64,000 bases of DNA from Octopus vulgaris (Eukaryota): positions 81,964,001 through 82,028,000 of the forward strand of contig OX597820.1 of NCBI GenBank assembly GCA_951406725.2, in the 5' to 3' direction. Below, piece by piece: positions 1-11,805 of this stretch (positions within the stretch are counted from its first letter, which is position 1; every line of letters starts with the position of its first letter). A program made the translations under genes and the position numbers. The notes under the pieces are model-generated. The model was not told where the DNA came from and did not search any database. It saw nothing but the letters and a program-made list of their open reading frames with translations.

Positions 1-200
1 CTCGACTTGGTACACTCGGGTGAGGGCGATTGTCACTAGGGTGGGGATATTTCTGTCGAATAAAAGACGGGTCCATGTATTGGGAGCAAACCCACCTGAG
101 AAAGAGAAGCAATTATAGGTGAGCACTAGTAAAGTGGAAGATGGTGCGATAGTTGAAGAAGTGTAGAAGGGCCAGAAGATGATAGAGCGGGATTTGTAGT
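1..200 (-). mobile_element. Highly decayed Penelope-like RT fragment
   Basis: Minus strand gives the peptides LALLHFFNYR and LVLTYNCFSFSG, resembling the PLE RT segments GLxALxHFL and LVLTLNxFSF; frameshifted. Confidence 0.35.
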
Positions 201-980
201 TATATGTGTGCGCGTGTGTATGCATGTATGTATTTATGTATGTTTGTATGTATGTATGTATGTATGTATGTATGTATACATCCCTATCACTTTTTACAGT
301 TATCTCTACAGATTTTCTACAGAAATGAGTCGAAAATTACGACATTTAGGATACGAATACGTCTATATAAAAATGAGATCGAATATAGATAGAAAAAATA
401 GGTAATACTTATCTATGTATCATGCTTAATGTATATACGCCAATGATAGGCAAGTTATCCTAGATAAAGTTGCCTAAGGACATGCTGTATTGTATAACGG
501 ATGGAAAGTGAAAATCGACCCGGTAGGTGTTTGTGAAATTACCGGATGCATTCCGGTCTCATTGGCCATGTTAATGACGGGTACTTTCAGCCAACCACGT
601 CCAGGGCTTCCAATATAAGAAACAGCGAATAATACATTCATTGGTATTGCGAATAGCCGTCGAACTGAGTAATAATCCTGTGTACACAATTGAAAGAGTA
701 TTAAATTATAATAGCCATCTATGTATCATATCTAACATATATACACTGTTCACAAGCATATTTAGGCGATCTTTGTATGAGACAAAATTTGTTATGGACA
801 GCCTGGCGGCATTTGGTAGCAGCACCATTGGATGAATTATTTACAGTTTATATGTCAGAAGCAACAAATCTTGTGTAGGAATCTGACTGTGATTATGCGT
901 CATTCACAAGGTCCAACAAGATCGAAATGCATCTGGCTCCCTCGCTAGCCACTGCCGAAGTGATTTTTCATCTCCTTTCG

Positions 981-1086
981 ATGTATGTATGTATGTATGT
1001 ATGTATGTATGTATGTATGTATGCAATGTATGTATGTATGTATGTAATGTATGTATTATGTATGTATGTATGCAATGTATGTAATG

Positions 1087-1117
<31 letters not shown>

Positions 1118-1175
1118 TGTATGTATGTATGTATGTATGTATGTAATGTATGTATGTATGTATGTATGTATGTAT
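981..1175. repeat. (TATG)n microsatellite
   Basis: Tandem tatg units with occasional taatg interruptions. Confidence 0.95.
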
Positions 1176-1581
1176 TTCGCACTTTTTGGCTTATCAACAT
1201 CACGCTGTGGTTTTGTATATTTGTATATGGTCATAGATTGGCGATTTAGTTCGTCCCGGATTCGATTCAGGTACGTGAAGCCAAAAAACAAAAAAAAATG
1301 GTGAAATATTGGTAACCATCGCTGCAGAATGGGATTGGAGAGGAATTGTCTCGCCTGTCTATGAATTCAGATCTATTAGGGACTCGTCCCCAAAGTGCTA
1401 TACCAAATGAGAAAAACACACACACTGATTATGAGCGGTCAATAATATGTGTGTGTGTGTATATATATATATGTATATGGTATTTTATATAAGCTTAAAG
1501 CGGAGCACCGTGCAAATGACTAAGGAAAATAGTCTAATAATGGGGCATATAAGCCCTCGAAAGAAAAAAAAGTAGGATATC

Positions 1582-1655
1582 CCGTACGCGTTGGACTCGA
1601 ACCCAAATCTCTTTGTTAACGTGATTAAGTGTGTTACCGATTATACCAGCGAACC
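1582..1655 (-). pseudogene. tRNA-like (Pol III type 2) sequence, degenerate
   Basis: Minus strand GGTTCGC-TGGTATAATCGG (A box)...GGTTCGAGTCC (B box)...GCGTACG. The acceptor stem pairs 5 of 7, and an oligo-T terminator-like run follows (plus-strand A run 1564-1571). Confidence 0.5.
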
Positions 1656-1884
1656 AGCCTGCTCCTTGCTATCAAATTTAAGAACTATATTAGTTCGTAG
1701 TTGTCTTTGTAAACACACTTTATGTGCTTTTGGTGCGAATGATTTTTTTAAGCGGTGCCGAGTTTTACAATTCTGTAAATAATAATAAAAGTATTTTTAT
1801 ATAAGCTTCAAGCTTATAGCAATCATCGTGCTCGACATCGCTTAACAAAACCATTCGCAACGAAAGCACATAAAATTTGTTTAA

Positions 1885-2835
1885 AAAAAGACAAGAAAAC
1901 TATTAGAATGACCATTAAATAAGGGGAAAAAACCGCAGGGGAGAAAGTAAAAAAGTAAAGAAGTAAAAATGCTCATAGAAATTGCGCATGCGTGCATGTA
2001 CAACCAAATATGCACGCATACACACCAGCGTGCATGTGCATATGCCCACTCACACTCGCGTGAAATACATGCGTGTACATGCACCTATATATGCAACCTG
2101 TACATGCACCTGTATATGCAACCATGCATGTACACGTATACATATCCTCCCACATGTGCGAACACACACACATGTGCACATATCCATACGCACACAGTTA
2201 TATTCAAATACACGTCTAAAATACGCACATGCTATATATGCATATGCTCACTCACACTCGCGTGAAATACATGCATATAAACCCACATATATATGCAACC
2301 ATACAAATGTACATACACATATACATATATACATACCCGCACACACACACATACACGATGTACACATATGCATATACGCACACACACGTGCACATATCCA
2401 TACGCGCACAATTATATTCAAATACACGTCTAAAATACGCACATGCTATATATGCGTATGCTCACACGCACTCGCGTGAATCGACTGCATATACACCCAC
2501 ATATATATGCAACCATACACATGTACATATACATGTACATATTTACATACCCGCGCACACACACACATTTGTATATACCCGTGCGCGCACAAAAATGTTC
2601 ATATACATGCCTATATACGCACATGCACAAGAAAAATGCAGGGTGAAAGGTTTATACAGAAAAACGTGTAAAAATATAGAAAGCAATAAAAATAGAAATA
2701 CATATATATAAATATGTAAAAAAATATATATATATAAAATGCTTGTACATGGACACAATATAAAAAGCATGTTCTATATAGCTGGCCTTAAAATTCCCCT
2801 CTGTGAGACCCACATAGTTCTTTGACGAAACTAAG
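1885..2835 (-). mobile_element. Inverted, internally deleted copy of the 3' part of the adjacent Penelope-like element
   Basis: Reverse complement matches about 4045-4098 (KNYVGLTEGNFKA versus KKYVGLTEGNFKA) joined to about 4385-5150. Confidence 0.85.
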
Positions 2836-2954
2836 TGGGTGTGCATGTATGTGTTTCACGGTTATTCTAATAGCTCTCTTGTCTTAATAACGGTCAATTA
2901 CATAGCAATTTCCCTTTGTTTAACGGCCATTTTTATATCATTTTTTTATTGCCT

Positions 2955-3011
2955 CGATACCTGACGAGATGCCGGGGCAGTTTTCCGCCCCGACATCGGA
3001 AACTCGGAGTC
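2955..3011 (+). ncRNA. Hammerhead ribozyme-like motif in the 5' pLTR, truncated at the cleavage site
   Basis: CTGACGA (2961), stem II GATGCCGGGGC/GCCCCGACATC, (G)GAAA, then CTCGGAGTC; the 3' strand of stem I is absent. Confidence 0.7.
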
Positions 3012-5218
3012 GACAGGTTTAAAGCCATTAAGAATAATAATAAAGCGAGATTTATGCAATTCGATATTATCGACTTTTATGCCTCTATCTCTAAGGAACT
3101 GCTAGATAATGCCCTCACTTTCGCCAGCGAATTTATAGAAATTAGTACACAAGATAAGGACATAATCTTCCGTGCTAGAAAGAGTTTACTCTTCAGTGAG
3201 AATGCAGAGTGGGTCAAGACTACCGATACAGACGGTGCTTTCGATGTGAGCATGGAGTCATATGATAGAGCAGGCATATGAGATTTCATTGGACTATTCC
3301 TACTCGATACGTTGGGTAAGACTTTTCATGGTGTATATTTCGCCATTTACAAAGATGTTGCCCTAGATTTAACCGCAAATACCAATGGACCAGCGCAAGA
3401 TCGGTTTAGGAACGACATTATTCAAAAGATGAAAACTTTCGGTCTTAGCATATCTACAGATACCAACCTGACGGTTGTCAATTTCCTAGATGTATCCTAA
3501 GATCTAAATAAGTATATTGATAAACCTTATAGGAAGCCCAACGATATAGGTTCCTGCCATCTCCCCATAGTGTTAAAAAATTTAGTTACAAGCATCGGCA
3601 AAAGAATTTCTGGCCTCCCCTCCGATGGGAACATTTTTAATAGCGTTGCCCCAGATAGTGGTTTTAGCGAGGAAATAACCTATACACCTGTCTGTTACCA
3701 GTCAAATAATAAAGGAAAAGAAACATAGGAATGGGAAAACCATCTGGTTCACACACCCTACTCCCCCGAAGTCACCTTTAATATAGGTAAGTATTTCTTA
3801 GCACTGATAGATAGACATTTTCCAGTCAACCTTAGTTACAGAAAGCTCTTCAATAGACATAACTTAAAAATCAGTTTCAGCTCAACTACTAATTTTCAAA
3901 ATATAATCGCACACAACACATAAAAACCACAAAATGAAACCAGCTGTTCATGTTGGGATAAAAATTTGCGCCCGCTAAATGGAGCCTGCATATCCGATAC
4001 CAACATTTATGAAGCCACCGTAGACTGTACAACCACTAAGGACACAGTTTCGACAAAGAAATATGTGGGTCTTACAGAGGGGAATTTCAAGGCCAGGTTC
4101 AACAATTACACCTTGAGCTTCAGGCACTGGCATAAAAGTCACATATGGTCCACAAAAGATAAAGGTGTCAGTTACAACATTCATTGGAAGATCTTAGCCA
4201 AGTGTAAGCACTGCACCAATGGCAGTAGAAAGTGCGGTTTTTTTGGGATATGGAAAGATGGTTCATCTGGAAAAGCAGCTTCGATCCCGCTACACGTCCA
4301 AATTCAAGAGCTGAACTTTATGGATCATGTCCACATATGGCTAAATATTTGTTACGTTTTTGCCCCTCCCCACAAGATCACAGATAGAACCTGCTTTTTA
4401 TATTATGTCCACATGCAAGCATTATGTTTCTCTATACTTTTTATATATACTTCTTATACATTTTTACGTAATTTTTACATATTTATAGAGATATAATTTT
4501 ATTGCTTTATATATTTTTACACATTTTTCCTGCATTTTACCTTCCACCCTGCATTTTTCTTGTGCATGTGCGTATATAGACATGTATATGAATTTTTTGT
4601 GCGCGTGTGTGCGGGTATGTATATATGTATATGTATATGTACATGTGTATGGTTGCATATATACGTGGGTGTAAATGCGAGCGTTCTACGCGAGAGTGAG
4701 TATATGCATATACACCATGTACGTATTTTAGACATGCATTTGAATATAACTGTGCGCGTATGTGCACGTGTGTGTGCGGGTCTGTATATATGTACATGCA
4801 TATGTACGTGTGTATAGTTGCATGTATGTGTGGGTGTACATGCATGTGTTCCACACGAGTGAGAGCAAGCATATTGCATGTGCGTATTTTTAACTGTGCG
4901 CGTATGGGTATGTGCACGTGTGTGTGTATGGATTTGTATACGTGTACATCCATGGTTGCATATATACATGTACATCTATTTGGCGTATGTGTAGGTGCGC
5001 ACTGAGCATATGCATACAGGTACATGTACGTGGGTGTGCGTGCGCGCATACGCGATTGCCTTGAGCATTTTCACTCCATTGCTTTTTACTTCCTCCCCTT
5101 CGGTTTTTTCCCTTATTTAGCGGTCATTCTAATAGCTCTTTTCTCTTAATAACAATCAATTACATAGTAATTTCCCTTTGTTTAACGGTAATTTTCATAG
5201 CGTATTTTTAATTGCCTC

Positions 5219-5279
5219 GATAACTGAAGAGATGCCGAAGCAGGTTTCTGCCCCAACATACGAAACTCGGAGTCTTATT
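5219..5279 (+). ncRNA. Type I hammerhead ribozyme-like motif in the 3' pLTR
   Basis: gataa-CTGAAGA-gatgccgaagcag..ctgccccaacatac-GAAA-ctcggag-TC-ttatt. Stem I gataa/ttatt, minimal stem III, GUC site ending 5274; stem II partly decayed. Confidence 0.75.
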
Positions 5280-5301
5280 ATGGCAGCCGAATAATTGTCA
5301 C

Positions 5302-5345
<44 letters not shown>

Positions 5346-5571
5346 TATATAAACATTGTTGTTTCTAAATCTCTCAACGCGAGATATTTAGTAGCAGCAC
5401 TATACAGTAACGATTATCTGCCAACCTAATGTGGAAGTCCCGTTTAGTCGCTAATGCTACTATTGTTTAGCCCCATGAGACAGCATCCCCAGCTGGATGT
5501 GCGACACAGGATCTTTGTCCCTATATTTTCGAACAACGGAAGTTGGCACCCCCACCCAGCACAAAGCAGTA

Positions 5572-5618
5572 TCTGTGGGCCGTATGGTTTCAGGGTTATT
5601 TCCCTTCGGCGGTACAGA
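5572..5618 (-). ncRNA. Degenerate hammerhead-like motif
   Basis: tctgta-CCGCCGA-aggg aaataa ccct-GAAA-ccatacgg-CC-cacaga; the cleavage triplet is mutated to GCC. Confidence 0.55.
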
Positions 5619-5840
5619 ATAACTCTTTGGGTCAGATGGTGCTGCTTAAACACCCGTTCGAAAATACATATAATTTTCTAAGTGACTCACAGTCACTGGT
5701 TTAATATCTGAATATGTCTCGTTGAGAGATTTAGGAACAACAATGTTTCTATTTATTAGATCAGTGGCTGTGAGTCTCTTAAAAATGACATATATTTTCG
5801 AACGGGCGTTTTGCAGCGCCGTCTCAGCCACGAAGTATTG

Positions 5841-5887
5841 TCTGTGCCGGCGAAGGGAAATAATCCTGAAACCGTATGGTCCACAGA
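5841..5887 (+). ncRNA. Type I hammerhead-like motif with variant core
   Basis: tctgtg-CCGGCGA-aggg aaataa tcct-GAAA-ccgtatgg-TC-cacaga. Perfect 6-bp stem I, near-palindromic stem III ACCGTATGGT, GUC site ending 5881. Confidence 0.7.
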
Positions 5888-6011
5888 TACAGCTTTGTTC
5901 TGGCTAGGGGTGCTAACCTCCCCTGTTCCCAAAAATATAAGGATACAGATTGTGAGTCGAGTAGCCAGCTGGATAAGATGTCTCCTGGGGCAAGACAACA
6001 GTAGCATTTGC

Positions 6012-6014
<3 letters not shown>

Positions 6015-6076
<62 letters not shown>

Positions 6077-6154
6077 TATGTATATATATATACTAATATA
6101 TATCATACATAGAGAAATTATTATGTATATACATAGAGATATACGCACAAATAT

Positions 6155-6200
<46 letters not shown>

Positions 6201-6248
6201 TATATGTAAACATAAATATATTTATAAATATACATATATGTGCACATA

Positions 6249-6281
<33 letters not shown>

Positions 6282-6330
6282 GTACACATAAATAAATATA
6301 TACATATATATTCCACATTAATGTATATAC

Positions 6331-6361
<31 letters not shown>

Positions 6362-6494
6362 GACATATATACTTTTATATATATATATAATATGTATATA
6401 CATTGATACACGCACATATATACATATATATATATAGATATAGATATCATTTATATATCATATATATATATATATACATATATAAATATATATA

Positions 6495-6536
<42 letters not shown>

Positions 6537-6545
6537 CATACATAT
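6015..6545. repeat. (TA)n-rich microsatellite field
   Basis: Long TA runs interspersed with CA/GA. Confidence 0.95.
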
Positions 6546-6666
6546 AGACATATTCAAAACAGACATAGAGGTACATACATACACAAACATATGCATATCA
6601 GGAGATTTACGGATATGATTCAAAGAATGTCTGATGTGTTTGAATCTATTTCAGTGCGTATATATA

Positions 6667-6701
<35 letters not shown>

Positions 6702-7439
6702 TGTATGTGTGTGTGCGTGTGTGCGTGCGTGTGTGTAAGTGCGCGCGGCCGCGTTTGTGTGCTTGCGTGTTCGTGTGCGTGTGCGTGAGTATATCTGTGC
6801 ACATGTGTGCGTAAATCTGTGTAGAATGTATATTATTAGGGTCACAAAGCATTGCTGCTATGAGTTTGTAGGTCACATTAATAAGGTTAGTATCACGAAC
6901 ACGTGCGAAATCATCATGACAGATTGAGGCGGACAGATTATTACAAACGCTGGAAAACAAAAAGGTCAAGTGTTAATTGATATTTGCACATTATGGAATT
7001 GTTTTATACACACATACACATTCAAATGTTTACACACAGCTGTGCTTTCATGTATGTATGTATGTATGTATGTATGTATGTATGTATGTATGTATGTATG
7101 TATGTATGTATAATCACTGACATGAATCGTCTGTATGTATGTATGTGTCTTTATAATTCAAAACTTCTATCGAAGCGTGTGTTTGAGTCTTGCTCATGCA
7201 GAATCCTAAGTTGGCGCTTAAAGAAATACAGAATGATAGTTTGCTTCAGTTGAGAAAATTATCTTAATATTGGCACAACTAAAAGAATTCGTCAAAACAC
7301 TTTTTTCCAAATAACTTAATTCGTGCCATGAAGGAATAAAATCGCGCTTGAGTAGAAAATATGAGATTTCATCATTCTGCTTACCTTGAGCATGAAGTAC
7401 CTGATGAAATGAAGGTTCTACTGGAAATTTCACAAAAAC

Positions 7440-8192
7440 TGCCATGACATTTTATTAATGATGTCTCCAAGTTTATTGAATGTGTCTAAATACACTGCTT
7501 GTTGTTCTCGGTGCGGTCACGTTCATGAAAATAAAAGATAATGAGCCTTTTGTCATCATAATTTACAGTGTCGATCATTGGTTCTTGGACTTCTTATGCT
7601 ATGAAGATACGCCTACGCTCCAGCGCTTGTTAGATCGGGAAAAAATAAGTCTTCATTAGCTTGAAACGTTTCCAGCGTATCAGAGCAGACTTTCACTTTT
7701 CCGTCCTTTGAAATCAAGAGTCAGCTGTCGAGATATCAAGTTTGCCCCCACTTTTCCATGCCCAAATCCATCCACCGTTTTTTCTTATGCCTGGTCCGAG
7801 CTTGCTGCACAATTGTTCGTATGAATCAATTCGATCACTCGCTGACGATTCATGTCAGTGATTATAATATAATGGTCTCCTACCCGTGGATTACCTTTAA
7901 AATTGATTTTCCGATTTTGGAACTTCATCTAACTGTTGTCATTACTCTTGTAAATGGTATTCTCTCACTAAACAACCAATACCCCTCAAAGGATGTCGGC
8001 TGCTTGCACACTTCTTCCGTCAAGAACTCAAATAGGGCACTTGTTTCTTCTTGAAACATCTTTAGTAGCCCAGAAAGAAGAGTTACATTAGAGGAAGATT
8101 TACTCCAACAACATATGCAATTTGAACGCCATGTATCAATCAGTTAATTAAAGTTATTCCCCTTTTTACATTTGTTTCGATATAACCCTTGT
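7440..8192 (-). mobile_element. Old degraded mariner-type transposon (5' part)
   Basis: Minus-strand terminus TA-CAAGGGTTATATCGAAAC. Decayed peptides ALFEFLTEE, FQNRKINFKGNPR and KVGANLISRQLT resemble the mariner HTH and WVPxxL linker. Confidence 0.55.
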
Positions 8193-8774
8193 ATCGTGGT
8201 CTTAGGAAAACACAGTGATCCCGGTACACAGTTTAACTATTTAACTATTAACAATTATACTGACATCAGATAATTAAACTATTTATGCTGAATAACATGA
8301 TTGTATCATATAGACTTTCGTATGAACAATAGATAAGTGAAATATAGTTAGAGAAATTAAGAAGCACCAACAAAACTACACTGAAGGGAGAAACCAGAAA
8401 GAGACCGATAGAATATGTACCAGGCTTTAAAAAAAGAAGTACTGGGGTCGATTCATTCGACTAAAAGATTTTAAGGTAGTGCTCCAGAATTGCCGCATCT
8501 AATGACAAAAACAAGTAAAAGATAAAAGACACTCGTATGTTACGTGAGAAACAAATACATAGATGCAAATAATTCGGTGGCCAACGAGGCAAAAGCAAAA
8601 CTAGTAAAAGTAGGAGTATCACTGATACTTGTTTCTTTAGGAAGGAGCAGCTTCCTTTCATAGTGAGATGTTTATGTGATATAAGTGAAAGTCAATCTAT
8701 ATACACATATGCACGTGTATATACTCACATACATACATACATACATACATACATACATACATACATACATACAT

Positions 8775-8817
<43 letters not shown>

Positions 8818-8827
8818 TGCATACATA

Positions 8828-9160
8828 CAAGGTAGCATCAAAAAGTTCCCGCACTAGCGCGCCAGAAGATGGCAGTAGACAGTTGTGAGCGAAGTGAAAG
8901 CTAGCAGTGACCTTGGTGAAGTAGTGTGTCGATTGACATTGCTGTGATTACGTCGCGAGTTGTGAAATTCGTGATTTTGAGATCACGTGTATGCTGGCAC
9001 CGGCGCTTCAAAAGCGGTAAAACGTTTCTGGAAGACGATGAGCTATCTGGAAAACCAGCTACGAGCACCACCTCTGGAAATGTGGAAAAAATTCATCAGC
9101 TTGCGCATGAGGATCGTCGGAAGACAATCAACAACGTTTTGAATCGTTTGGGGGAAGACA
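8828..9160 (+). mobile_element. Mariner 5' fragment, same family as 43672-44481
   Basis: TIR-like caaggtagcatcaaaaagttcccgcactag; peptide WHRRFKSGKTFLEDDELSGKPATS...EDRRKTI; leader similar to 43681-43800. Confidence 0.8.
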
Positions 9161-9186
9161 TATGTAGATATACATATACATTCCTA

Positions 9187-9465
9187 CTAAAGCTCCACGA
9201 GGCTCCGGCAGGGGGTGGTGGTGATCCCTGCTGTACTCTTTCACCACAACTTTCTCTCACTCTTACTTCCTGTTTCTGTTGTACCTGTATTTCAAGGGGC
9301 CGGCCTTGTCACTCTCTGTGTCACGCTGAATATCCCCGAAAACTACGTTAAAGGTACACGTGTCTGTGGAGTGCTCAGCCACTTACACGTTAATTTCACG
9401 AGCAGGCTGTTCCGTTGATTCGAATCAACCGGAACCCTCGTTGTCGTAACCGACGGAGTGCTTCC
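9187..9465 (+). mobile_element. 5'-truncated SINE (body type C, tail type 2)
   Basis: Body shared with 10782-10860; tail shared with the minus-strand element at 60128-60310. Confidence 0.75.
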
Positions 9466-9887
9466 ACCACATTCCTACATACATACATACATACATACAT
9501 ACATACATACATACATACATTCATACATACACACTCCTCGATATACGACCTATTTGACCAACGAATACTTACATTTACGACCACTTTTATTCCCGCGCGC
9601 GCACACACGCAATTTCTTCTGGCATTCAACAGTTATTCATCGGCATCTTACATCTTACAACCACTCACAGTTAGGACCAGTATTGTTCACCCGATCGCAC
9701 GCGCAATTCCTCTAGACATTCCTTATGATTCGCACACCTCAGATTTAAGTATTCTTCCATCCACTTTTATTAGTTACTCCAACCTCATGTTTTTGGTTCC
9801 AAAGTCATTTCTACTTAAGCACTCGTGTCACAACAACCTTGGGATCCTTCTAAAGATTTATTACACCAAAGATTATCCGTAATTCAT

Positions 9888-9959
9888 TACTACAGGTAAG
9901 AAAGTCACTAGTACTACACGGGAGAAAGTCACTAGTACCACAGGTGAGAAAGTCACTAG
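9888..9959 (+). repeat. 24-bp tandem repeat, three copies
   Basis: tactacaggtaagaaagtcactag / tactacacgggagaaagtcactag / taccacaggtgagaaagtcactag. Confidence 0.9.
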
Positions 9960-10690
9960 ATTTAGTGGTTGAAATGATCATACTTAACCACGCACATATT
10001 TTACAGGTGTCTTATTAAGGTCAAGGAAAGGGTTTTTATAGCAGTAAAAGATTCAGGTGGATTGCAATGTTAACAAAGAAACGACAAGAATCTATCTAAG
10101 AAGACATTGTTGATGCTCTGTATTGAAGATTGCTTACGGAAATGTCTACATGTAAGCCTACAATCAGTTCGACGAGCGACTCGAAGCTTTTACGAAACTT
10201 TGAGGGTACGATTGAGAAATGAATACAAAGAATACTTTCAAAGCAACAATGGACAGTTTAATAGTTTCAATAAATAAGCAAATAAATAAATAATCTTCAG
10301 AACGTCCTAGTAACAAGAGAAGCAGTTAAGTGCTGATATATTGAGAAGTTTATAAGGATTTAGATTAATCTATCAGAGAATGATATTTATGAGAACAATG
10401 TAAACGAGATTTACTTATTTTGGAAGAGGATACATGAACGAAGTTACATATACGAAGAAGCAAACATTGTGCCTGGATTTAAGGTTTTTGAGGACCAGGT
10501 TACACTTACTTAGAGAGAATTGATTGGTAGGTGGATCACTGTCATTTGACGATGACGGTTCAATTGTTCGTGAAACGGAATTATCCGTCTTTAGTTTTTT
10601 CTGCAAATTTCGACTATATGTATGCATGTATGTATGTATGTATGTATGTATGTATGTATGTATGTATGTATGTATGTACACATATATATA

Positions 10691-10990
10691 GCCCAGTGGT
10701 TAGGGTAACGGACTCGCGGTCGTAGGATCGTGATTTCGATTCCCAGACCGGGTGTTGTGAGTGTTTATTGAGCGAAAACACCTAAAGCTCCACGAAGCAC
10801 CGGCAGGGGATGGTGGTGATCCCTGCTTTACTCTTTCACCACAACTTTCTCTCACTCTTTCTTCTGTTGGCCTGCTCGCTTAGCCAGCGGGGTGGCGTCA
10901 TTTGAAGGCTAAAACAATGCGAAGCGCATTGTGACCAGCGATGTGAAGCAACATCTGATAGCCTTGTCGGTCACGGTGATCACGGTGATA
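10691..10990 (+). mobile_element. tRNA-derived SINE (body type C, tail type 1)
   Basis: A-box-like gcccagtggttaggg, B-box-like gatttcgattcc, body shared with 9187 and 27237-27549, terminal tcacggtga repeats. Confidence 0.75.
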
Positions 10991-11315
10991 TATTCATATA
11001 CATATATATTTCAATATAGATTTCCAATAAAAGGATAAACCATTTTTTTAGTACAATTAACATCAGTACTAGAAATCAAAATAATTACGTTATTTCCCTT
11101 GGTTTTGTTTGTGGTATAATGAAGTTAGGGAAAAAAACGTATATCTAAAGCCTACAATAATTTAGAGAGTAGCAGAGGAAACTAGTGGGGTCAAGAAAAA
11201 GGAATGGTGATAATTTATCATTATTTTATTCAAAAGAGTTTATGCAGCATATAGTCTACAACCCTTTCGAGTTAAATCCATTTGGGGTTGACAGTTCAGT
11301 TATACACACACACGG

Positions 11316-11390
<75 letters not shown>

Positions 11391-11737
11391 ATATATAAAG
11401 TATGTTTTAAAATGTACGGGATATTTTCGGAGTGCTCACAGAGAGCCAATGCGAAAAAAAGTTGAAACGCAAATCATAGGCAGTCAAATAGATTCCCGAA
11501 CGCATAAATGAAAATATCCAAGCAATGTAGTTGAATCATATATATTTACACATATCAGCACAAATCATGCATGTACAGGCGTAAATATTCTTCAAGGGTA
11601 CAAAAAATAAAACAAAACATACAGAAAACTTTGGAAGAAATATAAAAAATACATAAAAATACATATAAAATTACATATAAATAAACTTTACATGTAAGGA
11701 GTTATGTGTGATAAATACAGGTGTGCAAACATTTGTA

Positions 11738-11801
<64 letters not shown>

Positions 11802-11805
<4 letters not shown>

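Larger units (their letters stand above)
2862..5290 (+). mobile_element. Penelope-like element: 5'-truncated RT plus GIY-YIG, flanked by pLTR direct repeats
   Basis: RT motifs FMQFDIIDFYASIS, FDVSMESYD and VNFLDV; GIY-YIG-like PLNGAC...IYEATV...YVGLTEGNFKARF. Stops and frameshifts present. About 150-bp direct repeat 2862-3011 / 5123-5274. Confidence 0.9.
5345..6010. mobile_element. Head-to-head pair of non-coding HHR-bearing repeat units (about 360-nt monomer)
   Basis: Inverted repeats 5453-5705 / 5755-6010 and 5351-5385 / 5713-5750; each copy contains an HHR-like fold. Confidence 0.75.

Noticed and set aside
515-635. Hairpins accgga/tccggt and agcc/ggct followed by GAAA on the minus strand
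   Set aside because: No complete hammerhead core can be assembled.
861-937. Long hairpin followed by GAAATGCATC (HHR-like right half with palindromic ATGCAT)
   Set aside because: The upstream core reads gcaacaa and stem I does not pair; it is at best a heavily decayed relic.
9888-9959. Repeat of CRISPR-like unit length
   Set aside because: No spacers, eukaryotic context, and no cas genes.
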